Below are positions 34,343 through 42,731 of a stretch of 64,000 nucleotides of DNA, piece by piece (the stretch's first letter is position 1; each line of letters begins with the position of its first letter). The notes under the pieces are model-generated. The model was not told where the DNA came from, did no database searches, and was given only the letters and a program-made list of their open reading frames with translations. The stretch lies in IMG/VR virus record IMGVR_UViG_3300045988_092303. The stretch is one strand, 5' to 3'. Both the position numbers and the translations under genes were made by a program. Origin of the DNA: a virus.

Positions 34343-34966
34343 ATGGAGAAGAAAGAAACAAAATTATGTAAATATTGCCAGACGGAAATTCCAAAAAAAG
34401 CAAAAGTTTGTCCTAATTGCAAACGCAGGCAGGGCGGAATAGGATGTTTAGGTGTTGTTTTGCTAGTTTTAGGTGTTTTCATTTTTATCGGCTCGTTTGG
34501 TGCTTCTATGAGCAAGGATAAAAATCCGGAAAAGGTAGGAGAAGTTGGAACTGAACTTTCTGAAACTGGAACGCAGACAATTGACAATACTTTCAATGTT
34601 GGTGATGTAGTAGAAACTGATAATTTTAGAATCACCTATGAGTCTGCCGGAGAGTACACAGACAGCAATGAGTTTTTACAGCCGAAAGACGGATATGTAT
34701 ACTGGGAGTTTAAATTTAAATTTGAGAACATTTCCAATACAGATCAAACAGTTTCCACCATGATGGACTGGGAATGTTATGCGGATAATTCAAAAGCAGA
34801 TCAGACATGGATTGTTGATGATAATGGACTTGACGGAAAATTATCTGCCGGAAGAGAAGCAGAAGGAGCTGTGTATTTTGAGGTTCCCAAAGATGCTGAA
34901 AACATTGAACTTGAATATGATATTAACTTCTGGCAAAGTGACAAAATTATTTTTGTTGGGAAGTAA
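34343..34966 (+). CDS. Zinc-ribbon + TM + DUF4352-like extracytoplasmic domain protein (moron; possible superinfection exclusion)
   Basis: ORF track; CKYCQTEIPKKAKVCPNCK, TM GCLGVVLLVLGVFIFIG, beta-rich C-terminus; terminators on both sides. Confidence 0.5.
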   Translation: MEKKETKLCKYCQTEIPKKAKVCPNCKRRQGGIGCLGVVLLVLGVFIFIGSFGASMSKDKNPEKVGEVGTELSETGTQTIDNTFNVGDVVETDNFRITYESAGEYTDSNEFLQPKDGYVYWEFKFKFENISNTDQTVSTMMDWECYADNSKADQTWIVDDNGLDGKLSAGREAEGAVYFEVPKDAENIELEYDINFWQSDKIIFVGK

Positions 34967-34974
34967 CAGTTTTT

Positions 34975-35002
34975 GGGGCAGAGAAATCTGCCCTTATTTT
35001 TT
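34975..35002 (+). terminator. Intrinsic terminator
   Basis: GGGCAG / CTGCCC stem followed by T run. Confidence 0.8.
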
Positions 35003-35013
35003 TGTAAAAAAGT

Positions 35014-35042
35014 GTTGACTAAATGTCATGACAATTATATAA
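35014..35042 (+). promoter_or_regulatory. Consensus-like sigma70 promoter
   Basis: TTGACT, 17 nt, TATAAT. Confidence 0.7.
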
Positions 35043-35074
35043 TACAATTAAATCAAATGAAAGGAGCGGATGAA

Positions 35075-35254
35075 ATGTCACCTAGAAATGGTAGACCACC
35101 ATCAGAAAACCCAAAATCTCATAGAGAAAGTTTTCGATTATCTGATGATGACATGATGAAGTTAAATTATTGCATGGAAAAAACCGGAATGAAGAAAACG
35201 GAAGTCATCAGAAAAGGCATTGATTTGGTCTATAATAAACTAAAAAAGGAGTAA
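35075..35254 (+). CDS. CopG-type ribbon-helix-helix protein
   Basis: ORF track frame; ATG at 35075 after AAAGGAG; GRPPSENPKSHRESFRLSDDDMMKLNYCMEKTGMKKTEVIRKGI. Confidence 0.6.
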   Translation: MSPRNGRPPSENPKSHRESFRLSDDDMMKLNYCMEKTGMKKTEVIRKGIDLVYNKLKKE

Positions 35255-35369
35255 CCTACGTGTACTTGGCGGTATCAGGGTTACTCCAATGGGACACATC
35301 CACAAGGGATATGCACTAATACTGTAGCATACCTCTTGTGGAAAATCAATATTTCACAGGAGGTTTTTT

Positions 35370-35534
35370 ATGGTAACAGAACAGTACAAAGCATTATTAT
35401 CTCAACTTACAGAGGAATGCGATAACGCATTATATCTTCGTAGCGCAGTTATTTTCATGGCAACACTGAATGACAAGGAACTGACGGAATCTGATGGTGT
35501 TCTCAAAATTACGAAGAAAGGCGGTGCTCATTGA
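35370..35534 (+). CDS. Tiny ORF a (54 aa)
   Basis: Own translation; SD AGGAGG; ends ..KKGGAH. Its AAAGGCGGTG tail is the SD of the next ORF. Confidence 0.45.
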   Translation: MVTEQYKALLSQLTEECDNALYLRSAVIFMATLNDKELTESDGVLKITKKGGAH

Positions 35535-35686
35535 TGGAAGAGAACAGAAAGAAAATTCACGAGATGGTTGACTGCATGGACACTGACGGGAGGTTAGCAT
35601 ACTGGGAGACATTCATGAGACGCTGGTTAGAATATTGGGGGCATGGATGCTTGGACAACATGGGAAAGAAAGGCGGTGTGCAGTAA
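35534..35686 (+). CDS. Tiny ORF b (50 aa), paralog of ORF c
   Basis: Own translation MEENRKKIHEMVDCMDTDGRLAYWETFMRRWLEYWG..; TGATG overlap. Confidence 0.5.
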   Translation: MEENRKKIHEMVDCMDTDGRLAYWETFMRRWLEYWGHGCLDNMGKKGGVQ

Positions 35687-35808
35687 TGGAAGAAAACAGA
35701 AAGAAATTGCATGAAATGGTTGACTGTATGAACACCGAGGAAATGCTTGCCTACTGGGAGACTTTTATGAGGCTCTGGCTGGAAGAGTGGGGAGGTGACT
35801 GTTTATGA
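35686..35808 (+). CDS. Tiny ORF c (40 aa), paralog of ORF b
   Basis: Own translation MEENRKKLHEMVDCMNTEEMLAYWETFMRLWLEEWG..; TAATG overlap. Confidence 0.5.
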   Translation: MEENRKKLHEMVDCMNTEEMLAYWETFMRLWLEEWGGDCL

Positions 35809-35939
35809 GTTACAAAGAAGAGATTGTTAAGATGCTGGAATGTATCAGCAATGAGCGGATTTTGAAACTCATTTACGGATTTGTCCGTAGCGGTTACAGA
35901 GAGGACAGAGCAATGAAAGGCGGTGCCAGAAATGACTGA
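35805..35939 (+). CDS. Tiny ORF d (44 aa), same family as the ORF at 44983-45093
   Basis: Own translation MSYKEEIVKMLECISNERILKLIYGFVRSGY..; ATGA overlap. Confidence 0.5.
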   Translation: MSYKEEIVKMLECISNERILKLIYGFVRSGYREDRAMKGGARND

Positions 35940-36681
35940 TATTCAGATTTTTAATAACCCGGATTTTGGAGACATTAGAACCGTTGAGGTTGACGGAAAA
36001 CCATATTTTGTTGGAAGAGACATTGCAAAAGCATTAGGATATAGTGACCCGCACAAAGCAGTATCCCGGCACTGTAAGGGTGGGATGAAATATCCCATAG
36101 GGGTGCAAACTGGTACGGGAGCTGATGGAACACCGATAATACAGGATATAGATATGCTTATCATTTCAGAAGGTGATGTTTACAGACTCATTATAAAGTC
36201 GCAGTTGCCGGCAGCAGAAAAGTTTGAAGGATGGGTAATGGATGAAGTCCTCCCGGCAATTAGGAAGAACGGCTCTTACACCATGCCGATCAGCACCAAC
36301 GACAAGATCATGCTTCTTGCGCAGGGACATATGGAGTTGCAACAGGAGGTTGACAGCATTAAGAAGGACATGGAGAGTCTGAAAATGGATTTACCGATTC
36401 TTCCAGTAGAGGAAGACCGGATAACATCCGCTGTGAAGCGCAAGGGACTGGCTGTGATGGGCGGTAAGACCTCTAATGTGTACCGGGATAAATCCATCCG
36501 CCGGAAGGTGTATCAGGGCATCTATGCGAATTTGAAGTACAACTTCCAGATCAAGACCTATCGGGCATTGAAACGGAGTCAGGTGGACAAGGCTATTGAG
36601 ATCATCAATAACTACCAGCCGCCGTATGTTCTGGCAGAACAGATAGACTCTGCAAATGCACAGCAGACCTTGATATTCTAG
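35932..36681 (+). CDS. Antirepressor-like protein (Bro-N domain + ORF6C-like C-terminal domain)
   Basis: ORF track; IQIFNNPDFGDIRTVEVDGKPYFVGRDIAKALGY. Confidence 0.8.
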   Translation: MTDIQIFNNPDFGDIRTVEVDGKPYFVGRDIAKALGYSDPHKAVSRHCKGGMKYPIGVQTGTGADGTPIIQDIDMLIISEGDVYRLIIKSQLPAAEKFEGWVMDEVLPAIRKNGSYTMPISTNDKIMLLAQGHMELQQEVDSIKKDMESLKMDLPILPVEEDRITSAVKRKGLAVMGGKTSNVYRDKSIRRKVYQGIYANLKYNFQIKTYRALKRSQVDKAIEIINNYQPPYVLAEQIDSANAQQTLIF

Positions 36682-36698
36682 GGAAAAACTGCTATAAT
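36670..36698 (+). promoter_or_regulatory. Sigma70-type promoter of leader L2
   Basis: TTGATA, 17 nt, TATAAT; overlaps the end of the previous gene. Confidence 0.65.
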
Positions 36699-36704
36699 AA
36701 AATC

Positions 36705-36855
36705 AAATTCAGCCGAATCCATCAGCTCCGCCCGGCTTGTCGTTGAGGGGAGAACGGGGCGAAAAGGATAGGACGAATCGAGCAAGGACGGCAAACATTT
36801 TGAGAAGCACGCTCACTGGACATGGTAGAGATACTGTGTCTGGTGGGCGTTTTTT
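36705..36855 (+). ncRNA. Leader RNA L2 (about 150 nt) ending in an intrinsic terminator; homolog of L1
   Basis: Shares blocks AGCAAGGACGG (36781), GAAGCACGCTC (36804) and GGGCGTTTTTT (36845) with L1. Terminator stem 36810-36822 / 36837-36849. Confidence 0.6.
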
Positions 36856-36886
36856 GTTTGTCTGAAAAATGGGAGGAAAGGGAAAA

Positions 36887-37609
36887 ATGGAAGAAACGAA
36901 GATTTTTAAGAGCGAAGAGTTTGGAGAAGTTAGAACTGCTGTGATCGACGGTGAAGCATGGTTCGTTGGCAAGGACGTTGCGGATATTCTTGGGTACCAG
37001 AATGGAAGCAGGGACATCAATGCACACGTAGACGATGAAGACAGAAGAATTATCAAAAGTACCGAAACGGTATCTTTGGATATTCCAAGTAGAGGAATGC
37101 TTTTAATCAATGAGTCAGGTCTCTACAGCCTTATTCTTTCAAGTAATATGCCGAACGCAAAGAAATTCAAAAAGTGGGTGACATCAGAGGTACTGCCGTC
37201 CATCAGAAAACATGGCATCTATGCCACTGACAATGTGATCGACAACATCCTGAATAACCCGGACTTTGGCATTGAGCTTCTTACAAAGCTGAAAGAAGAA
37301 CGTGCAGCAAGGGTAGAAGCTGAGAAAAAGAATGCGATCCTTACCCATGTGAATAAAACATATACCATGACCGAGATTGCGAAGGAACTGAATCTGAAAT
37401 CTGCCGTGGAGCTGAACAAAATCCTGGCGGATAAGAAGATCCAGTACAAGGTGAATGGAACATGGGTACTTTATTCCGATTATAGCAATCTTGGGTACGA
37501 AGATATCAAGCAGGAAGTCCTTGACAACGGAAGGGTGATTTATCACCGGAAGATCACACAGATGGGACGGGCATTTATCCTTGGACTTTTTGAGGACAAG
37601 GCGTCATAA
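36887..37609 (+). CDS. Antirepressor (Bro-N + KilAC domains)
   Basis: ORF track; ATG at 36887 after GGGAGGAAAGGG; KIFKSEEFGEVRTAVIDGEAWFVGKDVADILGY; KilAC-like C-terminus. Confidence 0.8.
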   Translation: MEETKIFKSEEFGEVRTAVIDGEAWFVGKDVADILGYQNGSRDINAHVDDEDRRIIKSTETVSLDIPSRGMLLINESGLYSLILSSNMPNAKKFKKWVTSEVLPSIRKHGIYATDNVIDNILNNPDFGIELLTKLKEERAARVEAEKKNAILTHVNKTYTMTEIAKELNLKSAVELNKILADKKIQYKVNGTWVLYSDYSNLGYEDIKQEVLDNGRVIYHRKITQMGRAFILGLFEDKAS

Positions 37610-37614
37610 AGATT

Positions 37615-37661
37615 AGCAGTAGTCAGTGGTTTATGGAGGTTCGACTCCTCCGGCTGCTTTT
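37615..37661 (+). terminator. Terminator hairpin containing a perfect tRNA T-arm plus acceptor-like stem (tRNA 3'-half mimic)
   Basis: AGCAG...GGAGG-TTCGACT-CCTCC-GG-CTGCT followed by TTTT. Confidence 0.55.
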
Positions 37662-37662
37662 A

Positions 37663-37721
37663 CAACTGGATAGGGTAGCTCCCGAAGAGCGGAAATCCTA
37701 CACCGCCTGCCAGTTGTTTTT
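37663..37721 (+). terminator. Second long hairpin terminator
   Basis: CAACTGG (37663) / CCAGTTG (37710) followed by T5. Its interior holds a 19-mer that is the exact reverse complement of 854-872. Confidence 0.55.
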
Positions 37722-37758
37722 CATAAATGTAGGAGTCTATTTGTAGGAGGTAGAGTAT

Positions 37759-38493
37759 ATGGAAAGAAAATCAAGAAAATTAGCAACAGAAAAGCAAATT
37801 TTATATGCAAATGCAATTGCAAAATCCCTTGAAATTGATTTGTGTTTTAAAAATGGTGATCCATATTATACGGTTTCAAAATTTATTAAAGAAAATGAAG
37901 AATACTATAAAGAAAATATCAAAATGGCAACACCAAGACAAATTGATTATGCAAATGCTATTTCTGACGAACTTAAAATCGAAAAGAAATTTGATGAAAC
38001 TGCTCTTGCAAAAGATGTTGCAAAATTTATAAGCGATCATGGAGAGGAATTTGCCCTGAATTGTGCAAAAAAGAAATATTTGGAAGAAAAAGTTGGATAT
38101 ATAAATAAAAATGGAGAATTTATTAGTTTTCCATTTGAATGTTGCGAATTTATGAGCGAAAACTTATATGGAAAACATGGAGTATATGCATTTTTAGATG
38201 GTTCTGAAAATGTAGTCTATATAGGAAAATCCATAAATCTCGCAGATAGAATAACAGGTTCATACCATGAAAGACAAGATGGAAGAATCGAAAAAATCAT
38301 GTATTACACAGATGAAAGTATGGCAAATGCTCATGTTTTGGAACTTATTTTGATAAACAAATATAAACCGATTTTTAATACGGATTGCAAATCTGATGAT
38401 GATTTTACTTTATTTCCATGCGATATAAGCATTGAAAAAGATTTTAAAGTTCTTCCGTATTTTTCAAATAAATGTAAGGAGGTAAATGCATGA
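37759..38493 (+). CDS. GIY-YIG domain protein with two N-terminal ATxxQIxYANAI repeats
   Basis: ORF track; GVYAFLDGSENVVYIGKSINLADRI; repeats ATEKQILYANAIAKSLEID and ATPRQIDYANAISDELKIE. Confidence 0.65.
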   Translation: MERKSRKLATEKQILYANAIAKSLEIDLCFKNGDPYYTVSKFIKENEEYYKENIKMATPRQIDYANAISDELKIEKKFDETALAKDVAKFISDHGEEFALNCAKKKYLEEKVGYINKNGEFISFPFECCEFMSENLYGKHGVYAFLDGSENVVYIGKSINLADRITGSYHERQDGRIEKIMYYTDESMANAHVLELILINKYKPIFNTDCKSDDDFTLFPCDISIEKDFKVLPYFSNKCKEVNA

Positions 38494-39500
38494 ATTACAA
38501 AGAGCTTTTATACAACAAAGATGCTGCATTAACCTTCTTTCCTAGACTGGCCGTAATTTTTAATAAATACGATGACATTGAGTCAGAGAAAGTTTTTCGT
38601 GAGACAGGGGAAAAAAGAAAATCTGATAAAAGTGGTCTTTCAAAAGCAATTGTTATTAACCAGCTTAATTACTGGTTAGGTATTAACCAGAAGAGTGGTA
38701 ACAATTTTAGAGATGGTTATTACTGGACGTATAATACATATCAAATGTGGGCGGATAATGACTTCGTTTTTTGGTCTGCTGATACCGTAAAACGGGTATT
38801 TACTTCCCTAGAAAAAATCGGAGTTGTTGTTTCTACGTCAGCATATAACAAACTTAGACTTGATAAAACAAAGTGGTACAGGATTGATTATGATAGATTG
38901 CAGGAAGTTATTGACACCGTAGAAGAAGACGAAAAAACACGAGCAGTGCAATGTGCACCGTCGAGGAGGGCAATGTGCACCGTCGAGGAGGGCAATGTGC
39001 ACCATAGAGGAGGGCAACTTGCACCGAGCAATACCATAGACTACACAGAGACTTCTTCAGAGACTACATCAGAGAGTATGAGAGTATGCTCTTTTTCAGC
39101 GGAAAAAGAGGTCTCTCCCACATCTGAAGGTGGTACGTTATCTCCTACGGTCACAAAAGCCATTGACGAGGCAATGACGGAAGAAGGAGAATCTCCAGAT
39201 AGCTTCTGTAGAGCCGAATTGAAGGATATAGCTGAATACTTTGTAAGCGAATATGCCAGAACGCAAGGAAAGCCGCATAAGCCACTCACAAGACCGGCTA
39301 TTAGCAATATCGTATACAATTACTTGCATCAAGACGAGGACGAATACGGAATCATGGATGATGTGTGGACGCTAGACCAGTACATTCCGTTAATTGATAT
39401 GTATATGCAGACGAACTACCGGGAGGGCATAGAAAAGAGCCTGTCCCACTTTATGTCCGGTTCTATCCGCCGGAATTTAAAAGCAAAATTGATAGAGTAA
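38490..39500 (+). CDS. Putative replication initiator (winged-helix N-terminal domain) containing iterons
   Basis: ORF track; AIVINQLNYWLG...YWTYNTYQMWADN..FWSADTVKRVFTSLEKIGVV...KTKWYRIDYD; internal 22-bp DNA repeats. Confidence 0.5.
   Translation: MNYKELLYNKDAALTFFPRLAVIFNKYDDIESEKVFRETGEKRKSDKSGLSKAIVINQLNYWLGINQKSGNNFRDGYYWTYNTYQMWADNDFVFWSADTVKRVFTSLEKIGVVVSTSAYNKLRLDKTKWYRIDYDRLQEVIDTVEEDEKTRAVQCAPSRRAMCTVEEGNVHHRGGQLAPSNTIDYTETSSETTSESMRVCSFSAEKEVSPTSEGGTLSPTVTKAIDEAMTEEGESPDSFCRAELKDIAEYFVSEYARTQGKPHKPLTRPAISNIVYNYLHQDEDEYGIMDDVWTLDQYIPLIDMYMQTNYREGIEKSLSHFMSGSIRRNLKAKLIE
38948..39035. repeat. 22-bp direct repeats x3.5 (GCAATGTGCACCGTCGAGGAGG): iteron-like ori candidate
   Basis: R1 38948-38969 equals R2 38970-38991; R3 has 2 mismatches; R4 is partial. 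The 22-nt period is not a multiple of 3, so this is not a peptide repeat. Confidence 0.7.
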
Positions 39501-39598
39501 GAATCATACCGGGTGCCGACGACGTAGGCATCCGCTAACCAGAAAAAGATACTGGCAGACTGCCGGAGGGCACTTCTGCCGAGAACGGAGGTGCCTGT

Positions 39599-40012
39599 AT
39601 GGCAACAAAAATAGTACGAGCAGGTTCCGGCCTGTCTTCTTTCTTGAATGTGAACGGGGTAGATTTCCCGTGCCCTAGGGTGGGATTTTCGTATATTATC
39701 AGCACAACGGTAAATGCAGGGCGAAATGCGAACAATGCGGTTATTGGCCAGAGAGTAGGAAGAGACATTTTTAAACTGAACAATTTGGAATGGGCAATGC
39801 TGGATGCAGAAACATGGCAGCGGATGTTAAAAGCAATTAAACCATTTTATGTGCCGGTAACTTTTGAAGATTATCGGACAGGTCGTCCGATCACCATTAC
39901 AATGTATCCGGGAGACAGGACGGCAACACCATTATTTGCAGACCCGGATTCTCACATTGTTACAAAGTATGAAAACTGCAAATTCAATCTGATTGATGCC
40001 GGTTGGGAGTGA
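39599..40012 (+). CDS. Small tail protein (putative distal-tail/baseplate component)
   Basis: ORF track; SD GGAGGTG; assigned by position. Confidence 0.4.
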   Translation: MATKIVRAGSGLSSFLNVNGVDFPCPRVGFSYIISTTVNAGRNANNAVIGQRVGRDIFKLNNLEWAMLDAETWQRMLKAIKPFYVPVTFEDYRTGRPITITMYPGDRTATPLFADPDSHIVTKYENCKFNLIDAGWE

Positions 40013-40018
40013 TAGATC

Positions 40019-42322
40019 ATGCAAAATGTAAGTGCAGCATATAAAAAGGCCATGCGACAACCGATGCGGAACCGTGGCTATATAACTGCCCGAATCGGAA
40101 TTATCAGTTCCACAGCGCAGGATAACGTAGTTGCAAAAGAATCTGATAATGATTTTGCTTACTTTGCGAATATCACGGAAGTGTTCAAAGATAACACAGT
40201 AAGCCGGGTATATGCCACCATGGAGCAGGATTTCGCAAAGGTTGACGGAACCATGTACTTCCTTCCAGAGGAATACGACGGGTATGACTACTACAATAAT
40301 GGTCTGGTGACGAATGAGCTGCTAAGTCCCATGTACATTTCCTTTGACGGAAACATTGCGGATATTAAGGGACTCACAATTGATTTTGGGGAATACTACC
40401 CGACTTCATTTACGGTTCAGTCTGATAACGGTACGAAAACATATGAAAATGCAGGGAAAATATTTGTTACCGAGGATACATTTGATGCGGTAACGTTCCT
40501 GCGGATAACACCTGTGACTATGGTTAATGGACAGGGAAGGATGCGAATTTTACAGTTTACCTGCGGAATTTCCAATACTTTCTCAAATAAGCAGGTGAAA
40601 TCATTCACATATAAAGATTACGTATCGTCTGTATGCGAGTCCCTTCCGAGTCAGGATATGACTTTGACGGTAGATAATCAGGATTTATATTATAACCCGG
40701 ATAACCCGGAATCAGCCGTTGCATACATGGAGCAGGGGCAGGAAATGAAAGTTTCCTTCGGATATGACATTGACGGAGCTGGAACGATTGAATGGGTGCC
40801 GGAAATAACCACATTCCTTAAATCGTGGTCGGCGACCGATACAGAAGCTAAATTTACTATGGTTGATGTATTTAACTGGAAACTAAATGGAACGTATTAC
40901 AAGGGTCTGTACCGCACGGAGGGCATATCTCTGTATGATATGGCGTTGGATGTTTTGACAGATGCCGGCATGAAGCCAGAAGAATATGTGATCGACCCGT
41001 ATTTGCATGATGTCAAGGTATACAATCCTATGCCCGCGGTGAAACATTCAGAGGCCTTGCAGATCATATCGAATGCCGGACGCTGCGTTTTAAGCGTTGA
41101 CCGGAAAGGAAGGGTACTGATTAGATCATCTTTTATCCCGGATATGACTTCCAGTGACGGAATAGATTTGCTGTATCCAAGTAATTTCCTGTATCCGGGA
41201 GAAGATGTACTACCGATAGGGGACAACGGGACGGCAGCACAAACAGAATTCAGCCATGCAGAAAATGTTCTGAAATCAGGAAAGCGGACAGCATATGCAA
41301 TGTTCAGTAACGATTTTTCCGTGGTAGATGGAACGGTGATGTTTCTTCCAGAGTCAGAAGCGGATTATGTTGATACGACTGGATATGTCAGTGATAGCAT
41401 AGCGGATGAAAACGGGGAGTTTCAGGACATACCAAAAATTATCATCGAATTGGAGTCTGGATATATTTGTTACGGTTTTGCTATTCAATTCCGGAATGTG
41501 GCACCTAAAGAATACCACGTAGTAACCTACTATCAGGAAGAACAGGTGCAGGATGTAACGGTCGAAAATCCTGGATTATACAGCCAGTACACAGAACAGC
41601 TTGACCGGTTCGACGTCATGGAGATTGTGTTCAAGAAAGGTTACCCAAATGCCAGAGTGGCGGTTGACTCGGTATTGTTCGGAAATGCAACAGATTACAC
41701 GCTGTCAAGAGATTACAATTTGAAGGGTTCACCGACTGCAACAAGACAAGAAAGAGTCAAAACGATTGCAGTTAAGCGAAGCCTTTACAGAAATTCTACA
41801 TTGGCAATTAAAGAATTATCGTCAGAAGAACTCACGCTGGCCGGAACAGAGATCACGAAAACGATTCATTTTAGCAAAGCGTCATACGGTCTTACAGTGT
41901 CCATAGAAGAGGGGACTGCAACGGCAACGATTACTGCCAGCAGCAACTACTTCGCAGATATTAAGATCACAGGAGCAGCCGGCGAAAAAATCAGATATTC
42001 TGTCAAGGGATATGAATATGTTGTGGATGAACTGTATTACAGAGTCAACCACAATGACACAGGAATTGAAAAAGCATGGAGCAATCCTCTAATCAGCACC
42101 GAAGAGCTGGCAAAAGATCAGGAAGAATGGCTTGCATCCTACTATCTGGGTGATGTAGATTATCAGATCACATGGAATGGAGACCCACGGACGGATGCGA
42201 ATGATCTTTTCTATCTGGAATTAAAAGAGAGAGACAACACGATGATACGAGCCTACCAGAATGAGTTGAAATATAGCTCCGGATGGTCAGGCACTTTAAA
42301 GGCAAGAAAGGTGGTGCTGTAA
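40019..42322 (+). CDS. Large tail/baseplate protein (Tal-like) with an internal duplicated segment
   Basis: ORF track; 767 aa; repeats ..MEQDFAKVDGTMYFLPEEYDGYDY.. and ..MFSNDFSVVDGTVMFLPESEADYVD.. Confidence 0.5.
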   Translation: MQNVSAAYKKAMRQPMRNRGYITARIGIISSTAQDNVVAKESDNDFAYFANITEVFKDNTVSRVYATMEQDFAKVDGTMYFLPEEYDGYDYYNNGLVTNELLSPMYISFDGNIADIKGLTIDFGEYYPTSFTVQSDNGTKTYENAGKIFVTEDTFDAVTFLRITPVTMVNGQGRMRILQFTCGISNTFSNKQVKSFTYKDYVSSVCESLPSQDMTLTVDNQDLYYNPDNPESAVAYMEQGQEMKVSFGYDIDGAGTIEWVPEITTFLKSWSATDTEAKFTMVDVFNWKLNGTYYKGLYRTEGISLYDMALDVLTDAGMKPEEYVIDPYLHDVKVYNPMPAVKHSEALQIISNAGRCVLSVDRKGRVLIRSSFIPDMTSSDGIDLLYPSNFLYPGEDVLPIGDNGTAAQTEFSHAENVLKSGKRTAYAMFSNDFSVVDGTVMFLPESEADYVDTTGYVSDSIADENGEFQDIPKIIIELESGYICYGFAIQFRNVAPKEYHVVTYYQEEQVQDVTVENPGLYSQYTEQLDRFDVMEIVFKKGYPNARVAVDSVLFGNATDYTLSRDYNLKGSPTATRQERVKTIAVKRSLYRNSTLAIKELSSEELTLAGTEITKTIHFSKASYGLTVSIEEGTATATITASSNYFADIKITGAAGEKIRYSVKGYEYVVDELYYRVNHNDTGIEKAWSNPLISTEELAKDQEEWLASYYLGDVDYQITWNGDPRTDANDLFYLELKERDNTMIRAYQNELKYSSGWSGTLKARKVVL

Positions 42323-42323
42323 T

Positions 42324-42731
42324 ATGGCGTGGATTCAGCCTAAAACAAACTGGGCGGTTGGAGACCGGTTCAATATATCGGATTACAACAGGATTAAGGG
42401 AAATCTGAATTTTTTACACGAACGAGCGGAAGAGCTTTACCCGGATTTCAAAATCATCAATATGGGAGCGGATAAAGGATATTCCGATTACCCATATGCC
42501 CGTGAAATCAATAATTTTGAGAAGAACCTGGAAACAATCAACGATAATGTTTTCACACAAGATTTTGGTGTAACAGCAACATTCTACAGCAATGGGGCTT
42601 TTATTCAGTGGAACGAACTGAACCGGATAGAGTCAGGCATTTTAAGCATTTATGAAATGTTGAATAGGCAGGAAGCGGGACTTCCGGTGCTGTCATTCAG
42701 ACTTGGTAATATGAGAGGAGTGAAGTTGTGA
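42324..42731 (+). CDS. Tail fibre-associated protein
   Basis: ORF track; assigned by position. Confidence 0.45.
   Translation: MAWIQPKTNWAVGDRFNISDYNRIKGNLNFLHERAEELYPDFKIINMGADKGYSDYPYAREINNFEKNLETINDNVFTQDFGVTATFYSNGAFIQWNELNRIESGILSIYEMLNRQEAGLPVLSFRLGNMRGVKL

Noticed and set aside
38948-39035. Possible CRISPR array (22-bp repeats); the same question was asked of the 18-bp repeats at 56922
   Set aside because: The repeats are directly adjacent with no spacers and lie inside coding sequence. They are iterons or coding tandem repeats, not CRISPR.
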